Assembly: GCA_963749495.1 (NCBI GenBank)
Contig: CAVVMW010000022.1
Coordinates: 128,001-192,000, forward strand
From: an uncultured bacterium
Lineage (GTDB): Bacteria; Verrucomicrobiota; Verrucomicrobiia; Limisphaerales; UBA8199
Direction of reading: 5' to 3'
DNA: 64,000 bases
Part shown: positions 1 to 9,560 of the stretch, piece by piece
Layout of the letters: each line of letters starts with the position of its first letter
How positions within the stretch are numbered: the first letter of the stretch is position 1
Translations under genes and position numbers: made by a program
Notes under the pieces: generated by a model
The model's input: only the letters and a program-made list of their open reading frames with translations
What the model was told of the DNA's origin: nothing
Database searches by the model: none

Positions 1-51
1 CCTCGACAACCGCAACCTGAACCGCAACCAAAAGAAAGGACTTCATCGAAA

Positions 52-400
52 ATGGACAACAACAACGACAACCACGACGGCCTTCTCTCCATACTCACCA
101 GGGAAGGCGTGCTCTTGAAGGTGAGCGTTTCATATTGGCGCGGTCACAAGAAACTGCGCCCTGAAAACATAGGGCTGGAAAGGAAGAACCTCTCTGACCG
201 TCTCATCAGCCTGGGCCATAAACGACTGCTCCCCAAAGACGCCCTCGCTTCACTGGCACTCATCGAAGGCCGCGCTCATGCCCTGGTCGAAGCCAACACG
301 TTCCCCTTCCTCAACGGCCTGGGTCACTTCCTGCCCAATTCGAAACTGGCAGAAGTCACGGGAAAGCTGGAGGAACTGCAAACCGAGTTCTGGGCGGCTG
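52..400 (+). pseudogene. DUF3150-like protein, N-terminal fragment (mobile-element associated), truncated against the gdhA 3' end
   Basis: REGVLLKVSVSYWRGHKKLRPENIGL...LISLGHKRLLPKDAL...EGRAHALVEANTFPF resembles DUF3150 proteins; AAAGGA RBS upstream; protein-like sequence ends near EFWAA (~395). Confidence 0.55.
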
Positions 401-433
401 GTGCTGACGCCGGCCAAAGCTTGGACTGCGGGC

Positions 434-1771
434 TTAAACTATGCCCTGGTCGAGCATGGCTTCGGCCACTTTGCGGAAGCCGGCAATATTGGCGCCATCG
501 ACATAATTGATGAAGCCGTCCTGTTCACCAAAACGCACACATTGATTGTGGATGGCTTTCATGATCTGGCTCAGCCGCTTATCCACTTCGTCATTGGACC
601 ACTGCAACCGCATGCTGTTCTGCGTCATTTCCAGTCCGCTCACCGACACCCCTCCAGCATTGGCTGCCTTGCCAGGACCGAAGCTGATCTTCTTGCCATG
701 GAACACTTCCATCGCTTCGGGAGTGGAAGGCATGTTGGCTCCCTCGCCGACACAGATGCAGCCGTTGCTCATTAGGGTCCTGGCATCGCTGCCGCTGATT
801 TCGTTTTGGGTTGCACACGGCAGCGCCACCTGGCACGGGATTTCCCAGGGCCGTTTGCCAGCGAAATACTCGCACTTGAACTGTTTAGCGTATTCCTCGA
901 TACGTCCGCGCCGGACATTCTTGAGGTCCTTGAGAAAGCCGAGTTTTTCAGCATCCACGCCGTCTGGGTCGTACGCAAAGCCATTCGAATCAGAGAAGGT
1001 CACCACCCGAGCCCCCATCATCATGGCCTTTTCCGCGGCGAATTGAGCGACGTTGCCCGAGCCGGAAACCGTCACGACCTTCCCATTGATGGAGTTGCTC
1101 CTAGCCCGGAGCATCTCCTCGACAAAATAGACCAAGCCGTAGCCGGTGGCCTCTTCGCGGATACGACTGCCGCTCCAGTTAATGCCCTTGCCGGTAAGCA
1201 CGCCGCTGAATTCATTGCGCAGCTTCTTGTATTGGCCGAACAGAAAACCGATCTCCCGGCCGCCCACCCCAATATCACCTGCCGGCACGTCCGTGTCAGG
1301 GCCAATGTGCCGGCACAATTCGCTCATAAAGGCCTGGCAAAAGCGCATCACCTCATCGTCGGTCTTGCCTTTCGGATCAAAGTCCGAACCGCCTTTGCCG
1401 CCGCCCATCGGGAGGGTCGTGAGCGCGTTCTTGAACACCTGTTCGAATGCTAAAAACTTCAGCGTGCCCAGCGTGACGGACGGATGGAACCGCAGTCCGC
1501 CCTTATACGGGCCGATGGCGCTGTTCATCTGAACTCGAAAGCCCCGATTAACCTGCACCTCGCCCCGACCGTCCGTCCAAGTGACGCGAAAGAGGATCAC
1601 ACGTTCCGGTTCGGTAATCCGCTCAAGAATCTTGGCCTTCTTGTATCTCGGGTTCTGCTCGACAAAGGGCCAGACTGATTTGGCCACCTCAGCGACTGCT
1701 TGATGAAACTCAGTTTCCGCAGGATACCGGCTTTTTAGGGTCGTAAGAAAGTCCGACAATTGGTTCGTCAT
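434..1771 (-). CDS. gdhA: NADP-specific glutamate dehydrogenase
   Basis: GPYKGGLRFHPSV, KNALTTLPMGGGKGGSDFDPKGK, DVPAGDIGVGGREIG, GSGNVAQ, KAANAGGV motifs; intact ORF (alternative start 1792). Confidence 0.97.
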   Translation of the reverse strand: MTNQLSDFLTTLKSRYPAETEFHQAVAEVAKSVWPFVEQNPRYKKAKILERITEPERVILFRVTWTDGRGEVQVNRGFRVQMNSAIGPYKGGLRFHPSVTLGTLKFLAFEQVFKNALTTLPMGGGKGGSDFDPKGKTDDEVMRFCQAFMSELCRHIGPDTDVPAGDIGVGGREIGFLFGQYKKLRNEFSGVLTGKGINWSGSRIREEATGYGLVYFVEEMLRARSNSINGKVVTVSGSGNVAQFAAEKAMMMGARVVTFSDSNGFAYDPDGVDAEKLGFLKDLKNVRRGRIEEYAKQFKCEYFAGKRPWEIPCQVALPCATQNEISGSDARTLMSNGCICVGEGANMPSTPEAMEVFHGKKISFGPGKAANAGGVSVSGLEMTQNSMRLQWSNDEVDKRLSQIMKAIHNQCVRFGEQDGFINYVDGANIAGFRKVAEAMLDQGIV

Positions 1772-1897
1772 AAGGTAATCTTTCCACTCCATTAACCATT
1801 CCGTTTCGGGCAGGAGATCTTGAGCGATTTGCGAGATAGCCTAATTGCCAATGCCTGGTGGTAACTGGGTGCTTTACGCAAATTGGAAGGAAGCCTC

Positions 1898-2237
<340 letters not shown>

Positions 2238-2440
2238 AGATGTCCTTTCGACGTCCGTGAGTGGGATTTTAACCCTCAGTTAGTCGCTGGCAAGAAGAAA
2301 CTTCAAGGCATTGACTTGGCTCTTTACGTCAATTCAACATTTGTCCGAACCGGCAAGCCGGCAAGCTGGGGGTCCCCGGGTTTGCAGCCTCGGGTCACGT
2401 TTTCCTCTTTATTAAGTGGGACCAATTAGTCGGTTCGCTG

Positions 2441-2634
2441 ATGGCTCAAGTCCAAACATGCCGGGAGTGCGGAGCGGAACTCGGCCCCGATGTTCCAGAG
2501 GGCGTATGCCCCGCGTGCGCCCTGCGGGCCGCCATCCTGCCGGCCGCCCAAGACCGCACCGGCCCGGAGCCCGCCGCTTCCGCAGAAGCGCTCGTCCACT
2601 ATTTCGGGGACTACGAATTGCTGGGGGAAATTGG
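2441..2634 (+). pseudogene. Ser/Thr protein kinase, N-terminal fragment
   Basis: CRECG...GVCPACAL Zn-ribbon, then FGDYELLGEIG (kinase subdomain I), cut inside the glycine loop. Confidence 0.75.
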
Positions 2635-3095
2635 TGGGCGGCACTATCCTTGCTGTGCGGCCTGGCGGCGATGGGGATGTAACCGGGCGTGGTCGGGTCT
2701 GGCGTTTGGATCACCTGAAAAGGCAATCCATCGGTTCAGGGGTCATCCACAACGGGTTTCTCTACTTAATCGCCGAAAACGGTGCCGCCTCCTGCCTCAA
2801 ACTCAAGACCGGCGACGGAGTGTGGGAGGCACGCCTCAAAGGTCCTGGCGCCAAGACGAGTTCCTGGTCCTCGATGCTCCTGGCGGGCGGGAGGATCTAC
2901 GTGCCCAACCAGTCCGGCGACGTGTTTGTCCTCCGCGCTGGCCCCAGGCTTGAGTTGCTGGCCACCAACTCCGTGAACGAGCCAACCAACGCCTCCTTGG
3001 CCGCCTCGGATGGAGACCTTTTCCTCCGCACAGACCGCAGCCTTTGGTGTTTCGCCCGTGACCGAGGCGCAGATCAAGAACCTCGGCGCCCATAG
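2635..3095 (+). pseudogene. PQQ-like beta-propeller (BamB-like) protein, C-terminal fragment
   Basis: LAVRPGGDGDVT...W...SSMLLAGGRIYVPNQSGDVFVL...ELLATNSVNE...ASLAASDGDLFLRTDRSLWCF; no own N-terminus. Confidence 0.75.
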
Positions 3096-3282
3096 GAAGG
3101 TCGAGCCTGGAGCTGTTGTCGCAATTGATGGTGATTCGCCCGCCAGACGGAAACCGCCAGGCCTGAAAGGCCGCCACGCAGAGGGTGGGACTTGCTTTGG
3201 GTGGCTGGAAGCGCCCGCCATGGTCGAGAACCGTCAGGTTCGAGCCCAGGCGCGCGAGCGCCCTTTAAACCCCGTTGCACGC

Positions 3283-3774
3283 TCAAAGTTTGTAGCCAAT
3301 CTGCCGAAGGAACTTCTTTCGCCATTCAATATCGGCCTCGCCTTCAACTCCTTTAGGGGCCAGTCCGTCCACGACGCCCAGCACGCCACGGCCTTGCTCG
3401 GTCTCCGCGACAAGCACCTGGGTCGGATTCGCTGTGGCGCAAAACACTCGGCAAACCTCGGGTACCATTTTCACCGCATTGAGGACATTGACCGGATAAA
3501 AGCCGTCCGCCAGGAACAGGATAAAGCTGTGCCCGGCGCCAATAGCCAAGGCGTTCTTCCGAGCCAGCTCAATCATGGCTGGATCCGTACCGGTCCAGCG
3601 CACCAGGCATTTGCCGGAGGATTCACAAAAGGCCAGTCCGAATTTGATGCCCGGCACGGCGGTAACCAACGCCTCGTGGATGTCCTCGACCGACTTGATG
3701 AAATGGGTTTGACCGAGGATGAAGTTGATGGATTCGGGCTTCTCGATCCCGATGACGGTGAGCTTGGTTTCCAT
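3283..3774 (-). CDS. Adenosine-specific kinase family (DUF355) protein
   Basis: NFILGQTHFIKSVEDIHEAL...KFGLAFCESSG...GAGHSF...CATANP...GRGVLGVVDG. Confidence 0.88.
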   Translation of the reverse strand: METKLTVIGIEKPESINFILGQTHFIKSVEDIHEALVTAVPGIKFGLAFCESSGKCLVRWTGTDPAMIELARKNALAIGAGHSFILFLADGFYPVNVLNAVKMVPEVCRVFCATANPTQVLVAETEQGRGVLGVVDGLAPKGVEGEADIEWRKKFLRQIGYKL

Positions 3775-3924
3775 AATCGCATTTTCGCGCCGGCTTGGAT
3801 ACCCCGTCAAGCCATAAGGGACAGCGCGACTACGCGCTTTTGGTCCTGGCGGAGGCGCCTAATCCCTGCCCAGGTTGCGAGTCCACCCGGGGCGGATTAC
3901 CCTGCAGTGAGAAAGCGATACGCC

Positions 3925-4278
3925 ATGAAAGCAAAAGTCCTCCGATTCGGAGAAATCGAAGTGGAGGGTGAGCATTACGATCACGACGTTGTGATTGACG
4001 GCGGCCGGGTGACGAAACGGAAGAAGGGGGCTTCGAAGTCCTTTCGCGATGAATACGGACACACGCCTTTGTCGGTTGAGGAGGAAATTCCCTGGGGAGG
4101 AGAGCAGTTGATTATTGGCACCGGGCTCTATGGGAAACTACCCATCATGCCGGCAGTGGAGTGGGAGGCAAAGCGAAGGGCAATCAAACTCATCGCCCTA
4201 CCGACCGAACAGGCCTGCGAGTTGCTGACCCTATTGGAGCCCCGTAAGGCGTATGCGGTGTTGCACGTAACCTGTTAA
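3925..4278 (+). CDS. Mth938-like (DUF498) domain protein
   Basis: FGEIEVEGEHYDHDVVI...YGHTPLS...LIIGTG...HVTC C-terminus. Confidence 0.85.
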   Translation: MKAKVLRFGEIEVEGEHYDHDVVIDGGRVTKRKKGASKSFRDEYGHTPLSVEEEIPWGGEQLIIGTGLYGKLPIMPAVEWEAKRRAIKLIALPTEQACELLTLLEPRKAYAVLHVTC

Positions 4279-4490
4279 TTGCCGCTTGCGGGTTTTCATG
4301 GGTTACCCACCAGGATTGCGTTCAGTTCGGCCACATCCATGAATCACCCCCCAGCCCCGTGGTCAATGGGCGGCACGGTTTGGGTCCAGCCGGGCCAGGC
4401 GGGCTGGCGGCTCCACTACGCCAGGCTGGAGGTCGGGGATGATTTGGACATTACGAGCGCCACGCACAGCCTGTTCGGCTCCATGCCAAT

Positions 4491-4937
4491 TTGAAGATGC
4501 TTGGGCAGGGCGAAGAGTTGGCCGAGGGGGTGACCGCGGGTCCCCAGGCTGCTGCGATTCTGTGCGGTGAGGTGGGCGGAGCTGCGGTGCAAGCACTGCC
4601 CGCTCTGGAGCGGCGGCTGCAGGACCGGAGTTCGTGGGTGCGCATCGCGGCGGCCCAGGCAATCTGGCGCATTAGCCATGAGCCCGCGAAGAGCCTGCCA
4701 ACGCTTATGGCCGTGCTCGATTCGGTTGCCGCTCCAGGTTCCCCAGGCGGTCAGGGGGGCGATAGGCAATTGGTCGGCGCCCTCGAGGCAATCGAGGAAA
4801 TGGGACCCACCGCGAAAGCGGGGATTCCAAGCATCGAGCGCGTGCGGACCTTTTCCATGGCCGCGCGCCACGCGGCGAACAGGGCGTTGCGCGCCATCAG
4901 TGACCCCGTCCAGCGGGACGCCCAAAACGGCAAATGA
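4491..4937 (+). CDS. HEAT-repeat protein, probably a C-terminal fragment
   Basis: ALPALERRLQDRSSWVRIAAAQAIWRI repeat; stop overlaps next ATG (ATGA). Confidence 0.6.
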   Translation: MKMLGQGEELAEGVTAGPQAAAILCGEVGGAAVQALPALERRLQDRSSWVRIAAAQAIWRISHEPAKSLPTLMAVLDSVAAPGSPGGQGGDRQLVGALEAIEEMGPTAKAGIPSIERVRTFSMAARHAANRALRAISDPVQRDAQNGK

Positions 4938-6106
4938 AAAAGGCCTTCTTCTACGGAGCGGTTGTGGCGGTGGCCATTTGTGGTCTCTATCTCCTGCTGC
5001 CAGGGAAATCGGAGCCGGCCTATAAAGGGATCAAGATCAGCCGTTGGATCAGGACTGCCAATCGGCAGGCAGTAGAGAGCGGTCTTGCCAAGGTCGGGCC
5101 GGAAGCGATTCCGTGTCTGGTGGCCGCGCTTCATAAGCAGGACACTCCTTGGACCAAGCTGTGGTCGGGCGTGTGGGGCAAGCTACCCCCAGGAGTGAGG
5201 CAACGTCTTGCCAATTGGCGGCCGGTTCCTGCGAACGAGATCAGGTATAACGCGATTGTGGGCCTGAGCGCGTTCGGACCGGAGGCGAAATTGGCGCCGC
5301 CGTTGGTTATGAAGGCGGCGGTGCAGGACCCGGATCCCATGGTAAAGAGCTTGGCTTGCACGGCGGTCGGCGCCATAGGCCGAGACTCGCCTGAGGCGCG
5401 GGAATTCTTTCTGCGCGAATTGCAAAATACCAACCGGATCGTGCGCTCGGAGGCTGCTATTGCCATCTACAACTGCGATCTGAGACTGGGAGCGGCCGTC
5501 CCTTTGCTCATGCGCGATTTGAGCGACCGCATTGGGAAGCCCTACAACGAGTTATTGGCGCTCAGCGTCATCGGCCCCGAAGCCAAGGACCCCGTCCCTC
5601 TCATTGTGGCGCAGATGGACGATCCCGGCATCCGGGGCAATCCGCTCACGGCGTTGATCGGCATTGGCCAGGGTTTGAAACCGGCTGTTCCGGCGTTGAT
5701 CCGCGTGTTGCAAGGCACAGATGCGGTGCTCCGCCCGGCAGCGCCGGAGGCGCTTATGCTGGCGGGTCCTGACGCTGTGGATGCCCTGCCGGCCTTGGCT
5801 GAAGCCCAACAGGATGCGAACGCCGTGGTCCGTGTTCTGGCGGCTGCGGCGATTGGTAGAATCAAGGGGACTCCTGAAATCGCTGTCGCTGGCTTAATGG
5901 AGCAACTCCAGCCGGCAAGCCCGGGCGGAGACGGCCAAGGTTGGTCAGTCAGCCATCGGCTCAAAGGCCCCTATATCCTCAGGGCCCTCGGCTCACCCGC
6001 GCAGCGTCAAACCGCCGGCGCGGCAAAAACCAAATGCCATCTATCAGTTGGCCACGCAAGGTATCGAGAATTCCGGTTGGAGGGACTGGAAAAGCCGCCG
6101 AGCTGA
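4934..6106 (+). CDS. HEAT-repeat protein with N-terminal membrane anchor; C-terminus probably truncated near 5990
   Basis: TM helix, EPAYKG..ISRW motif, several AVPALI..L.D..VR..AA.A.G repeats. Confidence 0.75.
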   Translation: MKKAFFYGAVVAVAICGLYLLLPGKSEPAYKGIKISRWIRTANRQAVESGLAKVGPEAIPCLVAALHKQDTPWTKLWSGVWGKLPPGVRQRLANWRPVPANEIRYNAIVGLSAFGPEAKLAPPLVMKAAVQDPDPMVKSLACTAVGAIGRDSPEAREFFLRELQNTNRIVRSEAAIAIYNCDLRLGAAVPLLMRDLSDRIGKPYNELLALSVIGPEAKDPVPLIVAQMDDPGIRGNPLTALIGIGQGLKPAVPALIRVLQGTDAVLRPAAPEALMLAGPDAVDALPALAEAQQDANAVVRVLAAAAIGRIKGTPEIAVAGLMEQLQPASPGGDGQGWSVSHRLKGPYILRALGSPAQRQTAGAAKTKCHLSVGHARYREFRLEGLEKPPS

Positions 6107-6222
6107 GCGGCCACCGGTCCCCGCCGGCAAAAAGGCCCGGCCGCATTGTTGCGGCCCTCCACTGGGATTATTTTTGTCCCTTTTGCGCACCTCGGGGGAT
6201 ATGCTCTTAAACGGATGCTGCT

Positions 6223-7432
6223 ATGGACGACCGGCTGTTGCTGAAGAGCTACGTGGAGCAGAAATCGGAAGGCGCTTTCGAGAGCGTGGTGAAACGGCAT
6301 GTGGACATGGTCTATTCGGCGGCGCTGAGGCAAGTGCGGGATTGCCACCTGGCTGAGGACGTGACCCAAGCTGTGTTCGTGTTGCTGGCGCGCAAGGCGG
6401 CCCGACTCTCAAGCTCGGTTAATGTGGCCGGTTGGCTCTACCGCACGGCGAACTTCGTGGCCCGCCGCGCATTGCGCGATCGGGTGCGCCACCACCGGAT
6501 GGAAAAGGAGTTTGTTTCTATGGCCGACGGACGAATTGTGGGAAATGCTGGCGCCGCATTTGGACCCGGCAATGGCGGGGCTGGGGCACCGGGAACGCAA
6601 CGTGCTGGTGTTGCGTTTCCTCCAACAGCGGAGCTTCAAGGAGGTGGGCGATGCCCTGGGCATTTCGGAGGATGCGGCCAAGAAGCGCACGGGTCGGGCG
6701 TTGGAGAAGTTGCGCCGCAAGCTGGTCCAACGCAGTGTGGTGCTGACAGAAGCCACCCTGGGCCTGTTGTTGGCGGAACGGACCCTCCAGGCGGCGCCGG
6801 TCACCGTGGCAAAGGGGGCCGTCGCCGCTGGATGCCAGGCTGGCGCCTTGGCGCCCACGGCGGCAGTGGCCTTGGCCTCGCGCGCCGCGCGTGAATGGGC
6901 TTGGACGCGCCTCAAGTGGGGCCTGGGGACGGCGGGAGTCATTTCAATCGTAGTGCTGATGGCTGTCCGGTTCGGCTCAGCCGGGATTCCCAGATCCGCC
7001 GCGAGGCCTCCGCCCGCCGGCAGCGGGGTGAGCGCGTCCGAGGCCAGCCAGGCGGCTGTTCTGGCCGACGAGGTGCAGCCGCCCTCGCGGCCGAGAGCGA
7101 GGTCGATGAGACTAAGGCTGCTCGCGGCCGAGAGCGGGGCGCCGATCCCGGACTCGGCGATCCATGCCGTATTCTTCGGGCCGAAGTTCATCGACGCTGA
7201 CTTGGCTGGTGACGGGGAGGGCACTGTCGAGATTGCGCTGCCGCAACGCGCCTTCGAAGGCATGGCCCTGAGGATCTCCGCCAAGGCGCGAGTGCCAGTG
7301 TGTCTGGGCTGGGGGGAGCAGGAGGAACCGTCTTTGCCTGCCGAGTATCTCGTCAAATTGGAGCCTGGGATTCAGGTCTCTGGCCGGGTCGTGGACGAGG
7401 AAGGCAATCCGGTTGCAGGAGTGGTCTTGCCT
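6223..7432 (+). pseudogene. ECF sigma-70 factor with long C-terminal extension (TM plus carboxypeptidase-regulatory-like domain), frameshifted near 6525 and truncated
   Basis: Region 2 (AFESVVKRHVDMVYSAALRQV...AEDVTQAVF...GWLYRTA) in ORF 6223; region 4 (LVLRFLQQRSFKEVGDALGISEDAAKKR) in ORF 6422; ends SGRVVDEEGNPVAG. Confidence 0.85.
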
Positions 7433-7762
7433 GGCTGGGTTTCAGCTTCCTGGACATGGCTACGCGCCGTATAACCGGCGCCTCCCGGGTTTGCTTCAAG
7501 GTATCGAAACAGGCGCACGCGCCCGGCGGGGACCTTCTCGAAACAAAACCGGCCCGCTTCTCCCATGGGCCCGAGTGGAAGGAGTCCTCCGCCACGGCAA
7601 CGGCGTGGACGCCGGCGTTCAACTTGTGGTGGAACTGCAGCCGGGAAGGGAGATCGTCGGAACCGTTTTTGCTCCGGATGGTCAGCCGGCGGCCGGGGCG
7701 CAGGTGGCGCTGCTGGGTCGGGCCTTTACGGCAAACATCCACCGACCGGCCCGCTTGCAGGT
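7420..7762. pseudogene. Scrambled pieces of a carboxypeptidase-regulatory-like C-terminal region on alternating strands
   Basis: Minus 7420-7566 GRFCFEKVPAGRVRL...VQEAETQPGKTT; plus ~7556-7630 LPWARVEGVLR; plus ~7630-7762 IVGTVFAPDGQPAAGAQVAL. Confidence 0.55.
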
Positions 7763-8494
7763 ACCGTTGAGGAAGTTCTTTTTGACATAGCCCACACCGT
7801 TTTCGACGCGTCCTTTTTCCTGGGGCTGCCCGACGCCACAAGCCCGGATTTCAAAGCCGTGATGGTTGGCAAAATCCAAGTAACGGGGGTTGAACACAAT
7901 CGAACCAGCCGCCCGGCTCAGGACGGCCACCTTGCAGTTATCGACCCAGACCTGGCGCACCACCCCGCCGAAGTATTCGAAGGCGTGCTGGTGGCAGGAC
8001 AGAAAATGCTCCAGCGTTTCGGCCAGGGTGAACTCCAGATACAGTTTGCGGCTGAACGCCAACACCATGAGGAAAAAGGACAGACGCCGGCGCGTGGAGC
8101 CCACCGGGACCGAACCGGCGCAACCCCAGTCCACCTGGGCGCACTCACCGGGTTCGAAGTGAAGCGTCAGGAAGGCCGGTCGCGGCCTGGGATGCACCTG
8201 GCGCACAAACGCCCGGAGGATCGTGTATCGGCCCTGGTAGCCATGTTCTTTGACCTGCTGGAAAATCTGCTGGGCCGAGTAATCGTGTTGTTCCAGCAGA
8301 CGGATGATCTCCCCCTTGACCGGATCGAGTTTGCTGGGGCGCTTGGGCAGAGGGGCTCGCGCAAAGCTCTCCCGCCGGGACCACTTGCGCACCGTGTTCA
8401 AACCCAGTTTGAGTTGGCGGGCAATCTGCCGCAGACCCAGGTGCTTCTCGGTGAACAGGTGCCGAATCTGGCAATAGGTTTGATAGTCGATCAT
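7762..8494 (-). pseudogene. istA: IS21-family transposase IstA, 3'-truncated
   Basis: HTH LGLRQIARQLKLGLNTVRKW; SKLDP; FEPGECAQVDWG; FSRKLYLEF; DNCKVAV; PQEKGRVENGVGYVKKNFL, then breaks. Confidence 0.92.
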
Positions 8495-8862
8495 GGCTGG
8501 CCTCCCAGCGCCTGGCGCAAAAGCTCTCCCACGCTGATCGGGCTCGAGCGGGGCGTGCCGACCGGCTCCAGGCTCAGAACCTGGTAGAAGGGCTTTTCAT
8601 AGGCCACCAGCCCGGCCTGGACCAGTTGTTGGCGACTGGCCGAAAGCGTCAGCGCATCCATTTTCAATCGCCGCATCAGCGAGGCGTCCGAGTAGTAGCT
8701 CAGGCCCTGGGCATCGGCCACGCTGGTCAGGAACAGGTAGAGCGCCCAGGCCGAGTGTTCACACCGGAGGAAGTAATTTTCCTGCACCAGCCGGTGATCG
8801 ATCCAACTGAACTGGGGCGGGACTTTCCGGAGTCGCTCCGGATTGAGGACACGTTTTTTCAT
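8491..8862 (-). CDS. HTH-like accessory protein translationally coupled to istA
   Basis: RLRKVPPQFSWIDHRLV...ALYLFLTSVADAQGLSYYSD...RQQLVQAGLVAY (winged-HTH-like); stop overlaps istA ATG. Confidence 0.75.
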   Translation of the reverse strand: MKKRVLNPERLRKVPPQFSWIDHRLVQENYFLRCEHSAWALYLFLTSVADAQGLSYYSDASLMRRLKMDALTLSASRQQLVQAGLVAYEKPFYQVLSLEPVGTPRSSPISVGELLRQALGGQP

Positions 8863-9379
8863 GCAATGACTTTTCAAGATTCATTCCGAGCACCATGCCC
8901 AGAATGTCATTTCCCTTAATTACCAGTCGCCGGGCGCTGGTGGCGATGTCGTCTGGTAAGGTACTGCCGATGAACATGGAGATAATGCCCACAGACAGAG
9001 GCACTTGCATCGAACAGAGGTCTTGTAAGGTACGGCTCGGAGAGGTCGGCGCAACCTCCTGTGCCGCAGGAGCTTGCTCCGAGCAGCCGTCTTGTAAGGT
9101 ACGGCGCCGGTAGCGAGCGGTGTTTTTCCAGTAGCCGGGATGCTCCTTCTGCCAGTCGCGGACCCGCTCAGCATTCTCGGCGTCCCGGAAGTAATTCTCG
9201 TTCGCCGGCTTGGCTAACCAGGCCCGCTGGAGCTCGCGCCTTCTGGCCTTGCGGCAGTCGGGTTTGAAACAATACCTGCCTGCCGGTAGGCCAGGTCGCT
9301 GACGTTGTCCGCCCCGGTAGTCGGGAAGAAAAAGTCCCTTGCAGTTCAAGCACTTGTGTCGAGGTCTGGGCGGCTTCAT
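8759..9379 (-). CDS. Putative Zn-binding accessory protein of the IS21-like element
   Basis: CLNC...YCFKPDC cysteine pairs, WLAKPANENYFR, WQKEHPGYW; 3' end overlaps the next ORF by about 100 nt. Confidence 0.65.
   Translation of the reverse strand: MKPPRPRHKCLNCKGLFLPDYRGGQRQRPGLPAGRYCFKPDCRKARRRELQRAWLAKPANENYFRDAENAERVRDWQKEHPGYWKNTARYRRRTLQDGCSEQAPAAQEVAPTSPSRTLQDLCSMQVPLSVGIISMFIGSTLPDDIATSARRLVIKGNDILGMVLGMNLEKSLHEKTCPQSGATPESPAPVQLDRSPAGAGKLLPPV
9275..9295. repeat. 21-bp palindromic in-frame insertion (PGLPAGR)
   Basis: cctgcctgccggtaggccagg forms a hairpin and splits QRQR|YCFKP. Confidence 0.6.
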
Positions 9380-9560
9380 TGGTTCCAACATCAAAAGGAA
9401 CCAGTATCGGAAAACCAGGAGAGCCGACGGAAGAAAATCCAGCCGGAAGAAGACTCAGAACGACGAAGAAGGAAGAAGAGATTTCAGCGAATCTTTCGAA
9501 GAAAACCCACCAGAAGAAGATCCCATTCCGGATCGCCCGTTTTGCACCCATTCGATTTCA

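Larger units (their letters stand above)
7762..9560 (-). mobile_element. IS21-like element, left part only (two accessory genes plus truncated istA)
   Basis: Putative left end 5'-TGAAATCGAATGGGTGCAAAACGGG from 9560 (minus); subterminal direct repeats GAAGAAAA(T/C)CCA...GAAGAAGA at ~9430 and ~9498; abuts a gene cut in its signal peptide. Confidence 0.75.

Noticed and set aside
2441..3095. Kinase-PQQ propeller fusion gene
   Set aside because: The join is out of frame and cuts the kinase in its glycine loop.
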